Below are positions 57,615 to 64,000 of a DNA stretch of 64,000 nucleotides, in pieces (position 1 is the first letter of the stretch; every line of letters starts with the position of its first letter). Under the pieces are notes generated by a model. That model made no database searches. It was not told the origin of the DNA and saw nothing but the letters and a program-made list of their open reading frames with translations. The position numbers were made by a program, and so were the translations under genes. Origin of the DNA: Myxococcota bacterium (GTDB lineage: Bacteria; Myxococcota_A; UBA9160; SZUA-336); the NCBI GenBank assembly GCA_965247115.1, contig CBDFGR010000002.1:1632001-1696000 (forward strand). Reading direction: 5' to 3'.

Positions 57615-58859
57615 CTAGATCACACCGTCGGCACGGAGCCGGGCCAGTTGCTGCGAGTCGCGTCCGAGCAGCTCGCCGTAGATGCGCTCGTTGTCGGCCC
57701 CGAGGGCCGCCGAACCGCGCCAGATCTTCTGTGGCGTTTTCGAAAACTTCGGCACCGCTCCCACGCCTTTCAGTCGGCCGACCTGCTCGTCCTCCCACTC
57801 GATGTGAAGACCGCGCGCCTTGTAGTGCGGATCGTCAGCCGCGTCGCGCGCGTTCAGCACAGGGGAGCAGGCGACACCGGCCTCATTCATCAGCTCCACG
57901 ACCTCGCTCACCGCTCGCTCCTCAACCCAGGCGCGCAGGAGCGTGTCGAACTCGATCCCGTGTACTTCTTCAAGCTCGATCTGTGCAGCTGCCCACTTCT
58001 CATCGGTGGGGTCGAGGCCGATCAGCCTGCAGACCTTGTCGAAGAGCGTACCGACCGCGCCGATCACGACCCAGCCATCCGCGGCCCGGAACACGTCGTA
58101 GGGCTGGAACGCCACCGCCTTGTTGCCGCTGCGCTCGCGCACGCTATCGAGCTGGAAGTACTCCACCATCGTGCCCCCCAGGATCGCGTGAATCGCCTCG
58201 AACTGCGAGAGGTCGATCGACTGACCCTCACCGGTCTCGCGGGCGTGGACCAGCGCCGCGAGCGACGAGCTCAGACAGAAGAGCGCCGTGATGTAGTCGG
58301 CGGTCCACGGCGTGGAACGCACCGGGGGTTCGGGATCGGAGAACCCGGTCTGGTACATCATGCCCCCGAAGGCCTGCCCGATCATGTCGTAGCTCGCCCG
58401 CCCAAGGTAGGCCGGGTCCCCGGTCTGACCGTACCCAGAGACGTGACAGATGACGAGCTCCGGGTTCCGCTCGAGAAGGACCTTGTCGGTCAGATCCCAT
58501 TTGGCGTAGGCGCCCGGCCGAGAGCTCTCCATCCAGATCTCTGCCCGCTCGGCGAGCTCGAGAAAGATCTCGCGACCCGCGGGAACACTCATGTCGAGCG
58601 TCACGTGAAACGCGTTGCGGCGCTCCGCCAGCCAGCTCGTGCTGACCGCCGGCCCCTCGCCATCCACGGTGGGGATGCGGAGCCCCACCTCGCGCCAGAC
58701 GGCGTCGCCGACGCCCGGGCGCTCGACCTGGATCACCTCCGCTCCCATCTGAGCGGCCAGGGAGGCTGCGAACGGTTGGGCGATAATCGATCCCGTCGAT
58801 AGGATGCGGACGCCCCGCAGGGCGCCGAACACGTCAGGAACGAGTGTGTCGCGCGGCAT
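57615..58859 (-). CDS. Family III CoA-transferase (CaiB/BaiF)
   Basis: GAEVIQVERPGVGD, VSGYGQTG, SYDMIGQA, catalytic Asp in TADYITA. Confidence 0.9.
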   Translation of the reverse strand: MPRDTLVPDVFGALRGVRILSTGSIIAQPFAASLAAQMGAEVIQVERPGVGDAVWREVGLRIPTVDGEGPAVSTSWLAERRNAFHVTLDMSVPAGREIFLELAERAEIWMESSRPGAYAKWDLTDKVLLERNPELVICHVSGYGQTGDPAYLGRASYDMIGQAFGGMMYQTGFSDPEPPVRSTPWTADYITALFCLSSSLAALVHARETGEGQSIDLSQFEAIHAILGGTMVEYFQLDSVRERSGNKAVAFQPYDVFRAADGWVVIGAVGTLFDKVCRLIGLDPTDEKWAAAQIELEEVHGIEFDTLLRAWVEERAVSEVVELMNEAGVACSPVLNARDAADDPHYKARGLHIEWEDEQVGRLKGVGAVPKFSKTPQKIWRGSAALGADNERIYGELLGRDSQQLARLRADGVI

Positions 58860-58977
58860 CTCCAAGTCTCCTTCTCGTGGCGTCTCGCAAGTCTAATACG
58901 GCTGCAGCTCTACCCCTATCGTGAGATGCTGGTAGGGATAGGGAGATCGGGTCAGGAGACTGCAAGGAGAAGAGGCT

Positions 58978-60444
58978 ATGGCGCCGAGACAGGAATATCT
59001 GGTGAGCTGTGGCACGACCAAAATCGCCGCCCGTCTGCCGACCGAGCGGACGCGGATCCCGCCGGGTCCCCCACCCTCCGTGGCGCCGTTGCCCGATGCC
59101 GATGCCGCCTTCCGTGCGGCAGTGGCGCAGCCAGTCGGGATGCCAGCCCTGGAGAAGCTCGTGAGGGCGGGAGCCAAGGTCACCATCGCGATCCAGGATG
59201 GGCGGGCTACCCACTATCATCCGCAAGATCAGGACCTTCGCATCCTCGGGATTCCGATCCTGCTCGAGCTATTGGACAAGTACGGTGTCAGACCCGAGGA
59301 CATTCAGATCAAGGTGGCAAACGCCCTCCATCGGATGTGGACCCGGAAGGAGATGACTCACATCCTCGGACCGAGACTGCCCTATACGCTGGGCGGCCGG
59401 TTGTCGTGCATCGATGCCACGGACCCGAACCAGTTCGTCGATCTCGGGATGACCCGGCGGGGCATGGAGGTACGAGTCCACCGGTCGGTCGTCGAGTCCG
59501 ACCTGTTCATCTTCATGTCTACCCCCGGTGGCTTCTTCCAGGGCGGTTGGAAGTCGATCCTCGTGGGCATGGGCAACTGGGAGTCCATCCGCTACCACCA
59601 CCGTCCCTGGCCGTTCGCGTCGGGCCACTCGGTCCATGATCCCAAGAACAGCTCGTTCCACAAGCTGCTCAACGAGATGGGCACCGTGGTCGACGCCGAG
59701 CTCGCGGAGCGTGGCCACCCCCCCATCATGAAGATCGAGGGGGTGCTCACGACCAGCACTCCTCAGAAGTTCGCCGCCCTCGACGCTGGACTGATCACTC
59801 CCGTCCGCGAGATGCACCTCGACATGCTGGCGAGCCAGCTCGTCACGGACGTCGAAGGACAGACCGACGTCCTGTTGGCCGGAATGACAGACGGCGACGG
59901 GTACTCACGGCTGTCGGTCTTTAATCCCATTCACTGCCGGAACAAGGCACTCTCTGCCCTGTTCAACGCCTACCACGAGAACCCCCTGGTCCGGAAGGGC
60001 GGAATTCTGGTCGTCGCCAATCCCTTCGAGCCGAAGTTCAGCTTGCTCAACCATCCCTCGTATCACACGCTCTACCATGAGGTCCTGCCCGAGACTCGAG
60101 ATCCGCTGGAGGTGTGGGACACCTACTCAGAGGAGTACGCCCACCGCCCGGAGTTCGTGCACAAGTACCGCAACGGCTTCGCGTTCCACGGCGCTCACCC
60201 GTGCATTCTGTATGGACAGGGGCTGTATACGCTGAATCACCTGGGCGGAGTCTTCGCCGCTGGTGTTCCGAAGGAGAACGAAGAGGTCGCCCGGCGCATG
60301 GGCTTCGAGCCGTTTCCCACAATCGATGCGGCTCTGCGCGAGGCAGAGGACCGTCTCGGCAAGGACTGCACCGTGACGTATCACCGACACCTCGAGCAAG
60401 CCAGCTACTTCACCCGGGTCCATGTGAACGGGAGTGCTGCGTAG
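58978..60444 (+). CDS. Lactate racemase LarA-like (DUF2088) protein
   Basis: A..QPVG.PAL, VTIAIQD, ANALHR, GGWKS, KGGILV. Confidence 0.75.
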   Translation: MAPRQEYLVSCGTTKIAARLPTERTRIPPGPPPSVAPLPDADAAFRAAVAQPVGMPALEKLVRAGAKVTIAIQDGRATHYHPQDQDLRILGIPILLELLDKYGVRPEDIQIKVANALHRMWTRKEMTHILGPRLPYTLGGRLSCIDATDPNQFVDLGMTRRGMEVRVHRSVVESDLFIFMSTPGGFFQGGWKSILVGMGNWESIRYHHRPWPFASGHSVHDPKNSSFHKLLNEMGTVVDAELAERGHPPIMKIEGVLTTSTPQKFAALDAGLITPVREMHLDMLASQLVTDVEGQTDVLLAGMTDGDGYSRLSVFNPIHCRNKALSALFNAYHENPLVRKGGILVVANPFEPKFSLLNHPSYHTLYHEVLPETRDPLEVWDTYSEEYAHRPEFVHKYRNGFAFHGAHPCILYGQGLYTLNHLGGVFAAGVPKENEEVARRMGFEPFPTIDAALREAEDRLGKDCTVTYHRHLEQASYFTRVHVNGSAA

Positions 60445-60453
60445 CGGTGCACC

Positions 60454-62016
60454 ATGGCCGCTCGAAACGCCGACATCCGTGCAGCTGTCACGTACCACGA
60501 GGCGACCAAACACAGCCAGCGGAGCCTCGAGGCGAATCCGCACTTCCTCGATTGGGAGACAAAGCCACTTGGCTTCAAGATCTATCGCGACCTCGAGCCC
60601 ATCCCGCTGGTGCAGGACGCCTCGCCAAGCGACGTCTCTGCGCTCGAGGCGATCGCGGTACTCCCCAGAGGCCCGCGCGTAGCGGGCGACGAGGAGCGGA
60701 TCCCAAGCCTCGCCACTCTCTCGCGCGTCCTCTACCTGGCAGCGGGGATCACCAAGCGGAAGCGCCACGCTGGCGGCGAGATCTTGTTCCGCGCCTACCC
60801 GAACACGGGCGCGCTCTACCACATCGACCTCTATCTGGTTTCGGGTGAGCTTCCGGGTCTGCCCGCGGGTGTCTACCACTTTGGACCCCACGATTTCGCG
60901 TTGCGCCGCCTTCGGAATGGCGACCACCGAGCTGTCCTGGTCGACGCGTCTGGGGGGAATCCGGATGTGGCCCACGCACCGCTGCTCTTGGTGAGCGTGT
61001 CTACATACTGGCGGAACGCCTGGAAGTACCAATCGCGGGCCTACCGCCATTGCTTCTGGGACGCGGGAACGCTGCACGCCAACCTGCTGGCGGTCGCCGA
61101 GTCGGAGTCGCTGGAGCCGCGCGTGGTCCTGGGCTTTGCGGACCGAGCGGTGGAATCGCTGCTCGGTCTCGATCCGGCCCGCGAGGGGGCGCTCACACTG
61201 GTTTCGCTCGGGCGATCCCAACGCGCTCCAGCGACCGCACCTGCCATGTCGGCGCTTCAGCTCGCGACCGAGCCGCTCTCGAGCTCGGAGGTGGATTATC
61301 CGGCGATCCGTGAGGTGCACGCCGCCTCCTCGCTGGAGGGCGCTGCCGACGCGAAATCATGGGGCGGCGCGCAGACCCGGTCACAGGAGCCCGCCGGGAG
61401 CGGGCCCGTCCGAGCGCTTCGGCCCCGCTCGCTACTCCCGGGCGAGTCCCTCGATCGCCTGATCCGGCGGCGTGGATCGTCGCGCGCCTTCGACCCGAAG
61501 CGCTCGATCTCCTTCGAAGAGCTCTCCACCGTTCTGGAGCAGGCGACCCGCGGCGTGCCCGCCGACTTCGTCGACCCCCCAGGCGCCACCCTCCTCGACC
61601 TCTACGTGATCGCGCACGCCGTCGATGGACTCGCCGCGGGGACCTACCACTACCGCCGCGACGAGGGCTCGCTGGAGCTTCTGCGCGAGGACAGCTTCCG
61701 GCCCGCCGCCGGTCGGCTCGGCCTGATGCAGGAGCTGCCTGCTGACGCCGCGGCGAACGTGTATTGCCTTACCGACCTCTCGACGGTGCTCCCGCAGCTC
61801 GGCAATCGCGGCTATCGAGCGGCGCAGCTAGAGGGGGGGATCACCGGTGGCCGCATGTACCTGGCCGCGTACGCCCAACGCTTCGGGGCGACGGGCCTCA
61901 CCTTCTTCGACGACGAGGTCACCGAGTTCTTCTCGCCGCACGCGGCTGGGAAGAGCGTTATGTTCCTCGTCGCACTCGGCCACCCTACCAGGGCGCTCCT
62001 ACAGGTACAGGCGTGA
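60454..62016 (+). CDS. SagB/ThcOx-type tandem nitroreductase-domain protein
   Basis: YHEATKH, RAYPNTGALY, WKYQSRAYR..DAG, RRGSSRAF, RGYRAAQLEGG, GLTFFDD. Confidence 0.85.
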   Translation: MAARNADIRAAVTYHEATKHSQRSLEANPHFLDWETKPLGFKIYRDLEPIPLVQDASPSDVSALEAIAVLPRGPRVAGDEERIPSLATLSRVLYLAAGITKRKRHAGGEILFRAYPNTGALYHIDLYLVSGELPGLPAGVYHFGPHDFALRRLRNGDHRAVLVDASGGNPDVAHAPLLLVSVSTYWRNAWKYQSRAYRHCFWDAGTLHANLLAVAESESLEPRVVLGFADRAVESLLGLDPAREGALTLVSLGRSQRAPATAPAMSALQLATEPLSSSEVDYPAIREVHAASSLEGAADAKSWGGAQTRSQEPAGSGPVRALRPRSLLPGESLDRLIRRRGSSRAFDPKRSISFEELSTVLEQATRGVPADFVDPPGATLLDLYVIAHAVDGLAAGTYHYRRDEGSLELLREDSFRPAAGRLGLMQELPADAAANVYCLTDLSTVLPQLGNRGYRAAQLEGGITGGRMYLAAYAQRFGATGLTFFDDEVTEFFSPHAAGKSVMFLVALGHPTRALLQVQA

Positions 62017-62058
62017 CTGCCGCTGTCCGCGGCTCATGCGCACCCGCAGTGGAAGGAC

Positions 62059-62250
62059 GTGATGAGCTGGAAGCAGCTGCCAGACGGGCAGGAAAAGCTC
62101 GCGGAGTTCCTTCGTGAGGTGAAGCAGGGCAACGCGGCCCAACGGCCGACGGACCCGTCGACGCGGACTCCCCGCTCGCGGACGCACCGACTGCGATGGA
62201 TTCTCGTGCTGGCGCTCGCCGCGGTCGTCTGGCTTCTGTTCGCCACGTGA
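62059..62250 (+). CDS. Possible small protein with C-terminal TM helix
   Basis: 63 aa, SD AAGGA, ends RWILVLALAAVVWLLFAT. Confidence 0.45.
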   Translation: MMSWKQLPDGQEKLAEFLREVKQGNAAQRPTDPSTRTPRSRTHRLRWILVLALAAVVWLLFAT

Positions 62251-62343
62251 GCTGCCTCGCCAATCTGGAGGCCGGGCGATCGGAAGGAACTGGTAGACTA
62301 CGTCAGAGCTGGAGCCGGTGGTCGGCCTCGGAAGGAGTAAGAC

Positions 62344-62883
62344 ATGAAGGTTCGGCGGGTCGTGACAGGGCACTCTCCGGAGGGGAAGGCCGTTTTCGCC
62401 AGTGACGAGGCGGTGGAGGCCGTGCTCTTGGACAAACTCCCGGGAAACGAGTTTCATCGCCTGTGGGGTTCAGATCAGGTTTCGGTCTTTCCCGACGACG
62501 GCTCCCAACCCCCTTGCCCGCTCTGGTTCCCGCCAGTCGGCGGCTTCCGCGTCGCGATGTTCACGGTACCCCCGTCCTCTACCTGGGCGCCCGAGGGTGT
62601 CACGCCCGACCAGATCGCCGCTGAGCTCGAGGCAAAGCTCCCGGGCATCGCCGAGCACATGGAGCCCGATGCACCTGGTATGCACACGACCGATACGATC
62701 GACTTCGAGTACGTGATCTCCGGCCGCGCGGTGCTTGAGCTCGATGATGGCGCGACGGTCGAGCTTGGACCCGGGGACACGGTCGTTCAAAACGGCACGC
62801 GTCACGCCTGGCGCAACCCGTTCACCGAGCCCTGCCGTATGGTCGTCTTCTTGGCCGGTGCCGAGCGTCGGCCGAGCCCTTGA
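62344..62883 (+). CDS. Cupin domain protein
   Basis: VRRVVTGH..GKAVF, MHTTDTIDF..V.SG, GDTVVQNGTRHAWRN. Confidence 0.9.
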   Translation: MKVRRVVTGHSPEGKAVFASDEAVEAVLLDKLPGNEFHRLWGSDQVSVFPDDGSQPPCPLWFPPVGGFRVAMFTVPPSSTWAPEGVTPDQIAAELEAKLPGIAEHMEPDAPGMHTTDTIDFEYVISGRAVLELDDGATVELGPGDTVVQNGTRHAWRNPFTEPCRMVVFLAGAERRPSP

Positions 62884-62899
62884 CGTCGTCGGTCTCTGG

Positions 62900-64000
62900 C
62901 TAGCCGACAGCGCCGGCGCTGCGCAGCTCGGCGATCTGTTCGGGACTGCGGCCCAGCTCTCCCAGGATCTCGTCGGTGTGCTGGCCCGGCTCCGGCGCCA
63001 TCCAGCGCGGTTTCCACGGCGTGCTACCAAAGTCCACGGGCGTAGCCGGGAACGTGGTGGTGGTCGGCCCATCGGGGACCTCGACGAACGCGCCGGCCGC
63101 GTGCATCTGGGGATCAGCCACCACCTCCTCCAGGGTCTGGACGGGAGCCCACCACATGTCGTCGATCGCGTCGAAGATCTTGGCCCAATCCTCCCGTGTC
63201 TTGCCCGCGAAGATCTCGTCGAGCAAGGCGATCAGCTCCTCCGCGTTCTGGGCGCGGGCCTCCACGGTGGCAAAGCGCGCGTCCTCGAGCCACTCGGTCC
63301 GCACGATCGCCCTGCACAGCGGCTCCCAGTGGCGCTCACCTTCCAGACCGAGCAGCCAGAACCACTTGCCCTCGCTGTCGTGGTAGGAGTTGATCGCTGG
63401 GTTCGGCATCATCTTGCGATCGGTGAATCCCGGAGCAAGACCGAATCGCGTCACCAGCGATAGGTCGAACGACAGGGTGTACACGCCCTGTCGAACCAGA
63501 GAGGTGGACACTAGCTGACCCTTGCCGGTCCTCTCACGATGGAAGAGTGCGGCTGAGATGCCTCCGGCGAGCGACATTCCCGCGGTATGGTCGCCCATGC
63601 CGCCTCGTTGCACGGGCGGTTGCCCATCCGCGGGCGTCAGCATCGACGCCAGCCCTGCGCGGGACCAGTACGCACCCACGTCGTACGCGGCGCGATCCTT
63701 GTCCGGTCCCTCCATCCCGTACCCGCTGACCGCCCCGTAGATCAGCCGGGGGTTGCGCGCGAGCAGCGTTTCGGGGTCCAGGCCCAGGCGTTTGAGCGCG
63801 CCCATGCGCAGGTTCGAGATCACGACGTCTGCGCGGTCGACGAGCTCGAGCACGATCTGGTGCCCTGCCTCACTCGCCAGGTCGAGCACGATGTCGCGCT
63901 TGCTGCGGTTATCCATCTCGAAGATCGGATTGAAGGGCAGATCGGCGCCGAGCATCTTCTTGAATAGGCGGCATGGATCTCCCAGACCCGGCGGCTCGAT
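62900..64000 (-). CDS. Family III CoA-transferase (CaiB/BaiF); 5' end off the right edge
   Basis: Frame open to the edge (IEPPGLGDPCR), NRSKR, VSGYG, AYDVGA, GMGDH, APEPGQHT. Confidence 0.9.
   Translation of the reverse strand: MEPPGLGDPCRLFKKMLGADLPFNPIFEMDNRSKRDIVLDLASEAGHQIVLELVDRADVVISNLRMGALKRLGLDPETLLARNPRLIYGAVSGYGMEGPDKDRAAYDVGAYWSRAGLASMLTPADGQPPVQRGGMGDHTAGMSLAGGISAALFHRERTGKGQLVSTSLVRQGVYTLSFDLSLVTRFGLAPGFTDRKMMPNPAINSYHDSEGKWFWLLGLEGERHWEPLCRAIVRTEWLEDARFATVEARAQNAEELIALLDEIFAGKTREDWAKIFDAIDDMWWAPVQTLEEVVADPQMHAAGAFVEVPDGPTTTTFPATPVDFGSTPWKPRWMAPEPGQHTDEILGELGRSPEQIAELRSAGAVG

Noticed and set aside
60454..62250. Azole RiPP cluster (SagB-type dehydrogenase plus small ORF as precursor)
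   Set aside because: No YcaO, E1-like protein, protease or exporter; the small ORF has no Cys/Ser/Thr-rich core and ends in a TM helix.

Overview
GC-rich (roughly two-thirds G+C by eye), gene-dense bacterial chromosome segment with about 55 protein-coding genes. A Myxococcus/Geobacter-type sigma54-driven pilin suggests Myxococcota/Deltaproteobacteria (inference only). The left half is mostly housekeeping: PBP1A (partial), gshB, purC, a K/R-rich protein, ogt, a plant-like cystathionine gamma-synthase, a complex I operon nuoA-EFGH-JKLMN lacking nuoB/C/D/I, selB, serS, pcm and copA. The right half is accessory: FliB plus a FliD-like protein, glycosyltransferases behind glnB, two stand-alone carboxyltransferases, pilA, redox/detox genes, CoA transferases and a LarA-like protein. 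Signals the ORF track misses: (1) a PrdB/GrdB-family selenoprotein split by an in-frame TGA (U-P-D-C) followed by a SECIS-like hairpin, while selB in the same window carries a 1-nt frameshift; (2) an ECF sigma module without an evident anti-sigma, with matching back-to-back promoters driving sigma+SRPBCC and a divergent His-rich membrane protein; (3) many apparently leaderless genes and two probable non-canonical starts (ATT, CTG); (4) two families of short palindromic intergenic repeats; (5) a microhomology deletion scar fusing two gene halves. No rRNA, tRNA, CRISPR array or transposase was recognised. All family calls come from motif recognition, not database searches.
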